Part shown: positions 17,808 through 27,035 of the stretch, piece by piece
How positions within the stretch are numbered: position 1 is the stretch's first letter
Layout: every line of letters starts with the position of its first letter
Assembly: GCA_021324975.1 (NCBI GenBank)
Contig: JAJPIA010000085.1
Location: 58,006-122,005 of the forward strand
DNA: 64,000 nucleotides
Direction: 5' to 3'
Origin: Bacillota bacterium
Lineage (GTDB): Bacteria > Sysuimicrobiota > Sysuimicrobiia > Sysuimicrobiales > Segetimicrobiaceae
Translations under genes and position numbers: made by a program
The notes under the pieces: generated by a model
Told to the model about the DNA's origin: nothing
What the model saw: only the letters and a program-made list of their open reading frames with translations
Databases searched by the model: none

Positions 17808-19801
17808 GACGGCTCGATCCACAGGAGCCCCGCCTCGTCTCGCCGCGCGGTCTGCCCGGGATAGACGAGAGCCGTGCACCACGGATCCTCGAGGATCGCC
17901 GGCCCGGGGCACGCCCGGCCGCACGGCACGCCCATCCTCGGGTAGACGGGCGTGTCGATCCACCCCATCCTATGGAAGAAGACCCGGCGCGACCGCGCCG
18001 CGGCCGCCTCGGCCGCAGGCGCGAGGAGCCTCGCCTCCGGCGCGGGGACGATGGCGGCGGCCCGCACCGCGACCCCCTCCACCGGCTCGTCGGTAACGTA
18101 CTGATAACGGAGACGGTGGAGCGTCAAGAATCGGGCCCGCACGGCCGCGGCGTCGAGCCCCGGCGTGACCGGGACCTCGAGCTCGTAGTTTTGTCCGACG
18201 TAGCGCAGGTCGATCGACCGCTGGAGGACGACGCTGCCGGGCGGCGCGCCGTCGTCGAGGCACCGCGCGAGGAGGTCGGCCTCCAGCTCGCGGAGCGGCC
18301 GCTCCCAGGCCTCGGGCCCGTCCTCCCAGAGGCGCACGCGGGCGCTCTGCGCCGCGTCGTAGCGGCGGTCTGCGAGGGCGCAGCCGCAGGCGGAGAAGAC
18401 GCCCGCGTAGACCGGGACGAGCGCCCGCGGCATGCCGGCGAGCGCCGCCAGCCGGCCGGCATGGATCGGCCCGGCCCCGCCGTACGCTACCAGGGTGAGC
18501 GCGCGCGGGTCGACGCCGCGCTCGAGCGACACCATGCGGATCGCCCGGAGCATCGCCGCGCCTGCGATCTCCAGGATCCCCGCGGCCGTATCGGGCACGC
18601 TCATCCCGAACCGCGCGGCGAGTGGCTCGATCGCGCGCCGGGCGAGGTCGGGATCGAGCCGGACGTCGCCGATCGCGTGGGTCTCGCTCAGCACGCCGAG
18701 GACCACGTACGCGTCCGTCACGGTCGCACGCTCGCCGCCGCGCGCGTAGCAGGCCGGTCCCGGCTCCGCTCCGGCGCTCTCCGGACCAACCCTGAGTGCT
18801 CCCGCCCGATCGACCCAGGCGACGGATCCCCCGCCCGCGCCGATGCTCTCGACGGCCACGGACCGCAGCCGGACGGGTTGGCCGAGGACCCGGCGTTCCG
18901 TGACCGATTCCACCTGCCCGCCGCGGATCAGGCACACATCGGTCGAGGTGCCGCCCATGTCGAGCGCCACCGCGTCGCCGATGCCCGCGCCGGCGATCAC
19001 CGCCCGCGCCGCCGCCACGCCGGCCGCCGGTCCCGACATGTAGAGCGCAAGCGGACGATCTACAAGTTGACGCGCGGACGCCACGCCGCCGTTCGATTGC
19101 ATGAGCGCGAGCGGCGCCTGGACGCCGACGGCGCGGAGCCCGGCCGCGAGGTCGTGCAGATGCCGCGCCACGAGCGGCGTCACGCGCGCGTGCACGCACG
19201 TCGTGTGCGCGCGCTCGTACTCACGAAACTCGGGATTGACCGCGGACGACAGGCACACGTGGCGCACATGCGGACCGAGCAGCGCGGCGACCCGGCGTTC
19301 ATGGACGGGATTGGCGTAGGCGTGGAGGAAGCACACGGCGACGGCCTCGACCTCGGCGCGCCGCAACGCATCCGCGAGCGCCGCGACCTCGCCGTCCACG
19401 AGCGGCTGGAGGACGCGCCCCCCGGGGTCGATCCGCTCCGTGACCTCGAACCGCAGCGCCCGGGGCACCGCGGGCGCCGCGCGGCCCGGCGCGTCCAGCC
19501 GGTACAAGTGGTCGCGCTGCTGCCGCCCGATTTCCAGCACGTCGCGGAAGCCGCGCGTGGTGACGAGGGCGACCCGGGCGCCGGCACCCGCCAGGAGCGC
19601 GTTGGTCACGACCGTGGTGCCATACGTCAGCCGGGCCACGCCGGCGTCGTGTCCGACGGCCCGCAGGCCGTCGACGAGCGCGCGGGAGGGATCGCGCGAT
19701 GTCGGCCGCTTGTACACCAGCGGCGGACCGCCGGGCGCGACCACGACGAGGTCGGTGAATGTCCCGCCCGCGTCGATGCCGACGGCCGCGGGCGCCGTCA
19801 C
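17804..19801 (-). CDS. hyuA: Hydantoinase A / oxoprolinase family protein
   Basis: 665-aa ORF starting VGIDAGGTFTDLV (ASKHA/actin-like ATPase motif). DMGGTSTDV is also present. GTGA overlap with the upstream gene. Confidence 0.88.
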   Translation of the reverse strand: MTAPAAVGIDAGGTFTDLVVVAPGGPPLVYKRPTSRDPSRALVDGLRAVGHDAGVARLTYGTTVVTNALLAGAGARVALVTTRGFRDVLEIGRQQRDHLYRLDAPGRAAPAVPRALRFEVTERIDPGGRVLQPLVDGEVAALADALRRAEVEAVAVCFLHAYANPVHERRVAALLGPHVRHVCLSSAVNPEFREYERAHTTCVHARVTPLVARHLHDLAAGLRAVGVQAPLALMQSNGGVASARQLVDRPLALYMSGPAAGVAAARAVIAGAGIGDAVALDMGGTSTDVCLIRGGQVESVTERRVLGQPVRLRSVAVESIGAGGGSVAWVDRAGALRVGPESAGAEPGPACYARGGERATVTDAYVVLGVLSETHAIGDVRLDPDLARRAIEPLAARFGMSVPDTAAGILEIAGAAMLRAIRMVSLERGVDPRALTLVAYGGAGPIHAGRLAALAGMPRALVPVYAGVFSACGCALADRRYDAAQSARVRLWEDGPEAWERPLRELEADLLARCLDDGAPPGSVVLQRSIDLRYVGQNYELEVPVTPGLDAAAVRARFLTLHRLRYQYVTDEPVEGVAVRAAAIVPAPEARLLAPAAEAAAARSRRVFFHRMGWIDTPVYPRMGVPCGRACPGPAILEDPWCTALVYPGQTARRDEAGLLWIEPS

Positions 19802-20862
19802 GACCGTCCGGGATCCCCGGCGCGATCACGCCGGCGCGGCGACGCGCGCCGGGCGGGCTCGGCCTCCTCGGCGGCACGCCCGGGCACGTACCCGCGGCGC
19901 TTGTCGACGACGTTGAGCAGCGGCGCGCCCTGTCGCCACCGCGCGAAGTTGTCCCGAAAGAGCGCCGCGAGCGCCTCAAGCGACCCCACGAAGTCACCGG
20001 ACATGTGCGGCGACACGATGACCCCCGGCACGTCCCACAGCGGATGGTCCGGCGGGAGGGGTTCGCGCGCAAACACGTCGAGCGCCGCGCCGGCGATGCG
20101 CTCGGCCCGCACGGCCTCGAGCAGTGCCCCCTCGTCCACGATTGGACCGCGGCCGACGTTGATCAGCCGCGCGCTCGGCTTCATGCGCGCGAACACGTCC
20201 GCGCCGATCAGGCCGCGCGTCTCGGGCGTGAGCGGCGTGGCGATCACGAGGTAGTCCGCGTCGCCGAGCACGCTCGCGAGCTCGGCGGCCGGGACGATCG
20301 TCCCGAGATCGGGGTCCAGCGGCCGCGCCGTCCGCGCCACCCCGATGACCCGCATCCCGACCGCGTGCGCCAGCCGGCCGATCGCGCGTCCGATGCCGCC
20401 GGCGCCGACGACGACGGCGGTCCGGCGGCCCAGCATCCCGGTCTCGCGGTGCTCCCACGCGTGCCGGTGCTGGCGGACGATTGTGCCGGGCAGATCCTTT
20501 TCGAACGCCAGCATCAGGCCGAGCACGTACTCGCCGATGGCCTGGTCGAAGACGCCCCGTGAGTTCGTCACGATCACGTCGCTCTCCACGAGCTCGGGGA
20601 ATAGGACCGTGTCGACGCCCACGGCCGCGACGTGGATCCACCGGAGGTCGCGGGCGCCGGCCCAGGCCTCGCGGAGCATGGAGGTACGAAAATCCCAGAC
20701 GAACAGGACGTGCGCGTCCCGGAGCGCCGTGCGCAACGCGACGACATCCCCGGCGTACCGGATCACCGCGGTGTCGGCCACGGAGCCGAGCTCCGGTCCG
20801 CCGAGCCGGGCGTCCGCCAGCACCGCGACCACGGGTCGCGACGGCGGGGCCGCGTTCACCAC
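19798..20862 (-). CDS. D-isomer-specific 2-hydroxyacid dehydrogenase family protein (NAD-binding)
   Basis: 354-aa ORF with VVGAGGIGRAIGRLA (GxGxxG), INVGRGPIVDE and the catalytic-His region VIVSPHMSG. Confidence 0.85.
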   Translation of the reverse strand: MVNAAPPSRPVVAVLADARLGGPELGSVADTAVIRYAGDVVALRTALRDAHVLFVWDFRTSMLREAWAGARDLRWIHVAAVGVDTVLFPELVESDVIVTNSRGVFDQAIGEYVLGLMLAFEKDLPGTIVRQHRHAWEHRETGMLGRRTAVVVGAGGIGRAIGRLAHAVGMRVIGVARTARPLDPDLGTIVPAAELASVLGDADYLVIATPLTPETRGLIGADVFARMKPSARLINVGRGPIVDEGALLEAVRAERIAGAALDVFAREPLPPDHPLWDVPGVIVSPHMSGDFVGSLEALAALFRDNFARWRQGAPLLNVVDKRRGYVPGRAAEEAEPARRASPRRRDRAGDPGRS

Positions 20863-21821
20863 CGAGCGAGTCGTACGATCGCCTCGCGGATCCGCTCGGC
20901 GCTCGGCAGGTAGGCGCCCTCGAGCGGGGGCGCGTACGGTACGGGGGTGTCAGGGGCGGCGACGCGCGACACCGGCGCATCGAGCGAAGTAAAGAGATGC
21001 TCGCCGATGTAGGAGGCGATCTCGGCACCGAGGCCGCCACGGAGCCGATCCTCGTGGACCACGAGCAGGCGGCTCGTGCGCGCCACGGACTCCGCGATCG
21101 TCTCGAGGTCGAGCGGCAAGAGCGTGCGCAGGTCGATCACCTCCGCCTCGACGCCTTCCCGCGCCGCGGCCTCGGCGGCTTCCAGCGACCGGTGCGCCAT
21201 CATGCCGTAGGTCGCCACGGTGACGTCGCGGCCGGGCCGCCGCACCGCCGCGCGACCCAGGGGCACGAACGCGAGGCCGCCGTCGACCGGCCCGCGCAGC
21301 GACCGGTACAACGCCTTGTGCTCGAGAAACAGCACCGGGTTCGGGTCCGCGATCGCGGACAGCAGCAGTCCCTTGGCGTCTTCCGGCGTCGACGGCAGCA
21401 CGATCTTGAGCCCCGGCGCGTGAAAGAAGTACGCCTCCACGGACTGCGAGTGAAACGGCCCGCCGTGCGTCCCGGCCCCGCACGGCGCCCGCACGACGAG
21501 CGGCACGCATCCCCCGGCCCGGTACGCCGATGTGGCCGCGACGTTGACGAGCTGGTTGAACGCGTTGGAGATGAAGTCGGCAAACTGCATCTCCGCGACC
21601 GGGCGCAGGCCGACGAGCGCCGCGCCCACGGCCGCGCCGACGATGCCCGCTTCGCTGATCGGCGTATCGATCACGCGGCGGTCCCCAAACTCCTCGAGAA
21701 GGCCCCGGGTCAGCTTGAACGCGCCGCCGTACACGGCGACGTCCTCGCCGAGCACGATCACCGACGGATCGGCGCGCATGGCCTCGCGGAGGCCGTCCGC
21801 AATCGCCTCGAGGTACGTCAT
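20856..21821 (-). CDS. 2-oxoacid dehydrogenase E1 component beta subunit (transketolase-like)
   Basis: The C-terminal 321 aa of the chimeric ORF 20856..22865, from ATG 21821 (MTYLEAIADGLREAMRADPSVIVLGEDV...DTPISEAGIVG...). Confidence 0.88.
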   Translation of the reverse strand: MTYLEAIADGLREAMRADPSVIVLGEDVAVYGGAFKLTRGLLEEFGDRRVIDTPISEAGIVGAAVGAALVGLRPVAEMQFADFISNAFNQLVNVAATSAYRAGGCVPLVVRAPCGAGTHGGPFHSQSVEAYFFHAPGLKIVLPSTPEDAKGLLLSAIADPNPVLFLEHKALYRSLRGPVDGGLAFVPLGRAAVRRPGRDVTVATYGMMAHRSLEAAEAAAREGVEAEVIDLRTLLPLDLETIAESVARTSRLLVVHEDRLRGGLGAEIASYIGEHLFTSLDAPVSRVAAPDTPVPYAPPLEGAYLPSAERIREAIVRLARW

Positions 21822-22888
21822 CACGGCCACGGCCGTGCCTCGCAGTACACGCCGCGCTCGAGCTCGGTTGGATCCGGCGGCGGGCTGGCCTCGGCCCACG
21901 CCTGGGCCGCGTCCACCTCGGCGACGACGCCGGCCCGGAGTGCTTCCGCCTCGCCGGAATCGAGCACGCCGAACTCGCGGAGCCGTGCCTCGAAGCGTGC
22001 GACGGGATCGCGCGGGCGCCACTCGTCGAGCAGCGCCTTGGGGACGTAGGACGCGTCGTCCGCCTCGGAGTGCCCGCGGATCCGCATCGTGCAGCACTCC
22101 ACGAAGCTCGGGCCCTCGCCTCGCCGCGCGCGGTCCACCGCCGTCCGGGCGGCGCGGTAGACGGCGAGGACATCGTTCCCGTCGACCGCGCTGGCCGGCA
22201 TCCCGTACCCGGCCATGCGCTCCACGATCGGACCGCAGATTTCCTGCGCCACCGGCGTGGACAGGGCGAACTGGTTGTTCCAGCAGACGAGCGCAAGCGG
22301 GAGCCGCTGCACCGCCGCCAGGTTGACGCCTTCGTGGTACTCGCCGGTGGCAAGCGCGCCCTCGCCGAAGAACGCCATGGCCACGCGCTCTTCCCGCCGG
22401 ACCGCAAAGGCGAGCGCGGCGCCGGCCGCGACCGCCACGTTTGCGCCGATGAAATCGGTGTGGAGCAGGATGCGCGGGCCGAGCCCGCCGATGTGCAGGT
22501 TGCCTTCGCGCCCCCGTGTCGGCGATCCCGTCCGGCCGAGGAAGTTCGCGAAGTACAGCCGCACCGGCATCCCGAGCACGAGGCGCGCGCCGAGGTCCCG
22601 ATGGAGCGTCGCCGCCACGTCCATCGGCCCCAGCGCGTAGGCCGCGCCGACGGCGATGGCCTCGTGACCATAGCCGGTAAAACAGGCGCCGACGACGGCG
22701 CCCTGCCGGTACAGGTGGATGATGCGCTCCTCCGCGGTGCGCTGGAGGAGCATGTACCGGTACAGCGCGCGCAGATCCTCGGCGCCGATTCCCTCCGGCA
22801 GTTCCTGCGGAGGCGCGGCGCGACCGGGCTCCACCGTCCTGGGCGTGCCGGCTCCCGCGGGCCACGCGGGCGCGTTACCAGCCGCCAT
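21821..22888 (-). CDS. 2-oxoacid dehydrogenase E1 component alpha subunit (TPP-binding)
   Basis: ORF 21821..23041 trimmed to the ATG at 22888 (MAAGNAPAW...). TPP-binding region FFGEGALATGEYHEGVNLAAV...NNQFALS. RIRGHSEADD is typical of the E1 alpha C-terminal region. Confidence 0.85.
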   Translation of the reverse strand: MAAGNAPAWPAGAGTPRTVEPGRAAPPQELPEGIGAEDLRALYRYMLLQRTAEERIIHLYRQGAVVGACFTGYGHEAIAVGAAYALGPMDVAATLHRDLGARLVLGMPVRLYFANFLGRTGSPTRGREGNLHIGGLGPRILLHTDFIGANVAVAAGAALAFAVRREERVAMAFFGEGALATGEYHEGVNLAAVQRLPLALVCWNNQFALSTPVAQEICGPIVERMAGYGMPASAVDGNDVLAVYRAARTAVDRARRGEGPSFVECCTMRIRGHSEADDASYVPKALLDEWRPRDPVARFEARLREFGVLDSGEAEALRAGVVAEVDAAQAWAEASPPPDPTELERGVYCEARPWP

Positions 22889-23636
22889 ACGCGACCCACC
22901 CGCCGTCGACCGTGATGCAGGACCCGGTGATATAGCTGGCATCGTCTGAGGCCAGAAACGTGGCCGCGCGGGCCACCTCGTCGACGGTTCCGAACCGGCC
23001 GAGCGGCGTGCGCCGCTCGATGTCGGCATTGGAGTAGTCACCGGCCACCTGATCGCGCTCGTCCATCGCGGTCTTGATGTACGCCGGGTCGATCGATACC
23101 ACGCGGATGCCCTTGCTCGCCCACTCGGCCGCGAGCACCTTTGTCAGGCCGATCAACCCGTGCTTGCTGGCGCAGTACGCGGCGCGCTTCGGCAGGCCGA
23201 CCTCGCCGAGGATCGACGAGATGTTCAGGATCACGCCGCGCCGCTGCGCCAGCATGAGGCGGGCGGCGGCCTGCGCGCAAAGGAACGCGCCCGTCAGGTT
23301 CGTGTCGATGGTCTGCCGCCATCCATCCTCGGGCAGCGTTTCCGACGGCCCGATCATCGAGGTGCCCGCGTTGTTCACGAGGACGTCGAGGCGCCCCCAC
23401 CGTTCCTCCGCCGCGGCAGCCAACCGGTTCGCGGTCCCGCGATCGGTGACATCCCCGGCGACGGCGACCGCGTCGTGGCCGCCCTCCCGGAGGGCCCGGG
23501 CCACGCGCTCGCCCCGGTCGGGCGACCGCGAATTGACCACCACGCGCGCCCCCTCGCGCGCATAGGCCCACGCGATGGCCTCGCCGATCCCGGCGCTGGA
23601 TCCCGTGATGACCGCCACGCGGTCGCGGAGCCGCAT
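22875..23636 (-). CDS. Short-chain dehydrogenase/reductase (SDR)
   Basis: 253-aa ORF with TGSSAGIGEAI, NNAG and YCASKHG motifs. Confidence 0.88.
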   Translation of the reverse strand: MRLRDRVAVITGSSAGIGEAIAWAYAREGARVVVNSRSPDRGERVARALREGGHDAVAVAGDVTDRGTANRLAAAAEERWGRLDVLVNNAGTSMIGPSETLPEDGWRQTIDTNLTGAFLCAQAAARLMLAQRRGVILNISSILGEVGLPKRAAYCASKHGLIGLTKVLAAEWASKGIRVVSIDPAYIKTAMDERDQVAGDYSNADIERRTPLGRFGTVDEVARAATFLASDDASYITGSCITVDGGWVAYGGW

Positions 23637-23650
23637 CGCTGTCCTCCTTC

Positions 23651-24475
23651 CTACGTCCCCAGGCCGTGCAGACCGTGGTAGCCCGCGGGCGCCGGCGGCG
23701 CCCAGCCCGCGAGCAGCGGGGGCGCCGGGCGATACACCTCAACGCCGAGCGGCCGGCACGTGGTGAGCGGATCGCCGCGCGCGGGACCCCACATCGCCAC
23801 CGAGAGGTCGCCGTGGGGACACGTCGAGATGGCGCAGAGCAGGTCGATCTCGGCGAAAAATTCGAAGAAGTCGCCCCGCCTGGCCGGGCTCGCCTTGGCG
23901 AAGTAGCGCCCGTCCCTCCGCAGCCCCGTTACCATGAAGATGTTGAGAACGTCGTGGACGTCCAGCTCGGTGAGGCGGTAGGGCGCCACCGCGCGGACGA
24001 GATTGGAGTGGCAGGTCCGGTCGAACTCCTCCCCGTTGAGCATGGCGTGGACGTAGGGATCGCACCGCGTCCCGAGCAGATCGTGACAGCCGGCGCCGTC
24101 CTCGTCCACGCCGTACTGCACCGTGTCGTTCGTGATCGTGATCATGGGGCGCAGGTACGGCAGGCACGACCAGAGCCGGTGGAACGTGGTGACGTGCGTG
24201 CCCTGCAGCTGCCGTGTGCGCGCCGCCCAGAAACGCTCCCGCGGATTGTCGCGGTGCCACGCGTTGAAATCGGCGACCTGCGGCCCCTCGACCGCGACGA
24301 TACGGCACAGGTGCCCCGCCGCCACCGGCCAGGCCCGTCCGGACCGCATGGGGACGATGAACCGCTCCACGATCGTGCGCTGCTCCACCTCGCGCGCCAA
24401 CCGCCCGTAGAACTCGCGGTCGACGTCGAGCGGGGTCCCCGGACCGTGGTCGTACAGCGGAGGTGGTTCAGCCAT
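23651..24475 (-). CDS. DUF1989 (urea-carboxylase-associated family) protein
   Basis: 274-aa ORF. Its overall pattern (FIVPMRSGRAW...GHLCRIV...GPQVADFNAW...CPHGD) matches my memory of DUF1989/YcgI-like proteins. The start lies 4 nt after the livF stop. Confidence 0.65.
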   Translation of the reverse strand: MAEPPPLYDHGPGTPLDVDREFYGRLAREVEQRTIVERFIVPMRSGRAWPVAAGHLCRIVAVEGPQVADFNAWHRDNPRERFWAARTRQLQGTHVTTFHRLWSCLPYLRPMITITNDTVQYGVDEDGAGCHDLLGTRCDPYVHAMLNGEEFDRTCHSNLVRAVAPYRLTELDVHDVLNIFMVTGLRRDGRYFAKASPARRGDFFEFFAEIDLLCAISTCPHGDLSVAMWGPARGDPLTTCRPLGVEVYRPAPPLLAGWAPPAPAGYHGLHGLGT

Positions 24476-24478
24476 CGC

Positions 24479-25207
24479 TCACCCCTGCGCGCGCAGTGGC
24501 GCGCCGACCCCCAGATAGGCCTGCCGGACCCGTTCGTTCTTGGCCAGGTCCGCGCTCGGTCCCTCCAGCGCCACGCGCCCATTCTCGAGCACGTAGGCGC
24601 GCCGGGCCAGCCGTAGCGCCGCGCTGGCGTTCTGCTCGACGATCAGGACGGTGGTTCCATCGCGGTTGATCTCGGCGATCGTCTGGATGATGAGGCGCAC
24701 CAGCACCGGCGCGAGCCCCATGGACGGCTCGTCGAGGAGGAGCAGCCGCGGCCTCGTCATGAGCGCCCGGGCGATCGCCAGCATCTGCTGCTCCCCTCCC
24801 GATAGCGTGCCGGCGACCTGTGCCCGCCGCTCTCGCAGCCGGGGAAAGAGCGTGAAGACCCGGTCCAGCGCGGCCTGGGGAACACGCGGTTCGGCGTACG
24901 CCCCGAGGCGCAGGTTTTCGTCGACCGTCATGAGGGAGAAGATCCACCGCCCCTCGGGCACGTGCGTCAGTCCGAGGCGCACGATGTCGTGCGCCGGCCG
25001 CCGGTCAATCCGCGCGCCGGCAAACCACACCTCCCCGGAGCGCGGCCGCAGCAGCCCGGAGATCGTGCGCAGCGCCGTCGTCTTGCCCGCGCCGTTCGCC
25101 CCCAGGAGCGCCACGATCTCGCCGTCCGCGACGTCCAACGAGATCCCGTGGAGCGCCTCGATGCTCCCGTACGCGGTGACGAGGTTGCGGACCTCGAGCA
25201 GGTTCAT
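24479..25207 (-). CDS. livF: Branched-chain amino acid ABC transporter ATP-binding protein (LivF-type)
   Basis: 242-aa ORF with Walker A GANGAGKTT, signature LSGGEQQ and Walker B LLLLDEPS. Confidence 0.88.
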   Translation of the reverse strand: MNLLEVRNLVTAYGSIEALHGISLDVADGEIVALLGANGAGKTTALRTISGLLRPRSGEVWFAGARIDRRPAHDIVRLGLTHVPEGRWIFSLMTVDENLRLGAYAEPRVPQAALDRVFTLFPRLRERRAQVAGTLSGGEQQMLAIARALMTRPRLLLLDEPSMGLAPVLVRLIIQTIAEINRDGTTVLIVEQNASAALRLARRAYVLENGRVALEGPSADLAKNERVRQAYLGVGAPLRAQG

Positions 25208-26019
25208 GCGTCGTCGTCCCGGCCGAGGTACGCCTCGATGACCTGCGGATCTTGCTGGATGGCGGCGGGCGCTCCCTCCGCGATGCGCACCCCGTGGTTC
25301 AACACGACGATGCGGTCGCTGATCCCCATCACGACGCTCATGTCATGCTCGATGAACAGCACCGTGACCCCGGCCTCGCGGATGCGGCCGACGAGCTGGA
25401 CGAGCGCCGCCTTCTCCGCGGGGTTCATGCCGCTTGCGGGTTCGTCCAGGATGAGGAGCCGGGGAGCCGTGGCGAGCGCGCGGGCGATCTCCAGCCGCCT
25501 CTGGTCGCCGTACGCCAGCTCGCGGGCCCGGTAGTGCGCGCGCTCCGCCAGCCCGACAAACGTAAGCCAGCGGTAGGTCTCCTCACGCGCCCAGGTTTCC
25601 TCCCGCCGGTGCCGCCCCGTGTGCAGCAGCGAGTCCAGCGTGCCCGCCCGCGTCCGGCCGTGCAGGCCGATCATCACGTTCTCGTCCACATCGAGGTCGG
25701 GGAACAGCCGGATCATCTGGAACGTGCGGGCGATCCCCCGCCGCACCACGAGGTCCGGACGCATGCCGGTGACGTCCACGCCCTCGAACACGATCCGGCC
25801 GGCGGTGGGGCGAAGAAACCCCGTGATGCAATTGAACACCGTCGTCTTGCCGGCGCCGTTCGGGCCGATGATGCTCAGGATCTCCCGATGGCGCACGTCG
25901 AGCGAGACCGCGGAGACGGCGACGAGGCCGCCGAAGCGGACGGTGAGCGCGTCGACGTCGAGGATGGCCCCGTTGGACGCGGCGACGACATCCGGCGCGG
26001 GGGCGGGCGGCACCGGCAC
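25204..26019 (-). CDS. livG: Branched-chain amino acid ABC transporter ATP-binding protein (LivG-type)
   Basis: The C-terminal part of ORF 25204..27015, with Walker A GPNGAGKTT, LAYGDQRRLEIARAL and LLILDEPASG. The start is uncertain: in-frame GTG at 26019 or 26013, just after the livM stop and a GGGGG SD. Confidence 0.85.
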   Translation of the reverse strand: MPVPPAPAPDVVAASNGAILDVDALTVRFGGLVAVSAVSLDVRHREILSIIGPNGAGKTTVFNCITGFLRPTAGRIVFEGVDVTGMRPDLVVRRGIARTFQMIRLFPDLDVDENVMIGLHGRTRAGTLDSLLHTGRHRREETWAREETYRWLTFVGLAERAHYRARELAYGDQRRLEIARALATAPRLLILDEPASGMNPAEKAALVQLVGRIREAGVTVLFIEHDMSVVMGISDRIVVLNHGVRIAEGAPAAIQQDPQVIEAYLGRDDDA

Positions 26020-26027
26020 CGTGCCCC

Positions 26028-27035
26028 CTACTCCGTTGTGGCGGCCGCGTCGGCCGCGACGCCGGCGGCGGCGCTTGCCTCCGAGACGGCGACGGCCCGC
26101 CGTTCGATCTGGCCGATGCGGCTCGGCCACAGCCCCTGCGGCCGCACGAGCATCAAGATGATGAGGCCGATCCCGAACGCAAACATCCGCACCTGGTCGA
26201 AGGCGCGCAGCACTTCGGGGAGGACGACGATGACCGCGGCGGCCAGGATCACGCCGGGGAGGCTCCCCATCCCGCCCAGGATGATGACCATGAGGATCGT
26301 GACCGACTGGATGAACGTGAAACTGGACGGGTTGATCGCCGTGAGCTTCACGGCGAAGAACGACCCCGCGGCGCCCGCGAACACGGCCCCGAGCACGTAG
26401 GCCATCAGCTTGGAGTGCACCGGGTATATACCGGCCGCCTGCGCCGCCGCCTCGTCCTCCCGGATCGCGAGCCACGCCCGGCCGAGGCGCGACCGGGCCA
26501 GATTGTAGCTGCCGGCGAGGACCACGAGCACGAACGCGAGCCCGAGGAAGTAGAGTGCCTGCGGGGAGCGCAGCACGAACCCGCCGATCGTCGGATGCGC
26601 AATCCCGTACAACCCTTCCGGGCCGCCCGTGAACGTGAGGTTGGTGGCCGCGATCCGGACGATCTCCCCGAAGCCGAGCGTCACGATCGCGAGGTAGTCG
26701 CTCCTGAGGCGCAGCGTCGGCGTGCCGATCACCACGCCCGACAGCGCCGTGAAACACGCCGCCACGGGGAGCGTCCACCAGAACGCGAGGTGGGCGTCGT
26801 CCATCAGGATCCCCGTCGTGTACGCGCCGATGGCGAAGAACGCCGCGTACCCCAGGTCCAAGAGGCCGGCGTAGCCCACGACCACGTTCAGGCCGAGCCC
26901 CAGCATGATGTAGACGAGGACGAGCGTACCGACGTCGATCAGGTACGGCGTGCCGACGATCGGCAGGCCGAGGGCGACAACGATGACCGCGACGACGAGC
27001 GCGCCCCGAACCCACCGGTTGCCCAGCGCGTTCAC
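26028..27035 (-). CDS. livM: Branched-chain amino acid ABC transporter permease (LivM-type)
   Basis: The C-terminal 335 aa of ORF 26028..27983, from the GTG at 27035 (VNALGNRWVRGALVV...), which overlaps the livH stop. It is multi-pass hydrophobic with GYAGLLDLGYAAFFAIGAY. Confidence 0.85.
   Translation of the reverse strand: MNALGNRWVRGALVVAVIVVALGLPIVGTPYLIDVGTLVLVYIMLGLGLNVVVGYAGLLDLGYAAFFAIGAYTTGILMDDAHLAFWWTLPVAACFTALSGVVIGTPTLRLRSDYLAIVTLGFGEIVRIAATNLTFTGGPEGLYGIAHPTIGGFVLRSPQALYFLGLAFVLVVLAGSYNLARSRLGRAWLAIREDEAAAQAAGIYPVHSKLMAYVLGAVFAGAAGSFFAVKLTAINPSSFTFIQSVTILMVIILGGMGSLPGVILAAAVIVVLPEVLRAFDQVRMFAFGIGLIILMLVRPQGLWPSRIGQIERRAVAVSEASAAAGVAADAAATTE

Noticed and set aside
20856-22888. 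Calling the E1 alpha/beta pair a pyruvate or branched-chain 2-oxoacid dehydrogenase complex.
   Set aside because: No E2 (lipoyl acyltransferase) or E3 gene is present in the 64 kb, so only a family-level E1 call is justified.
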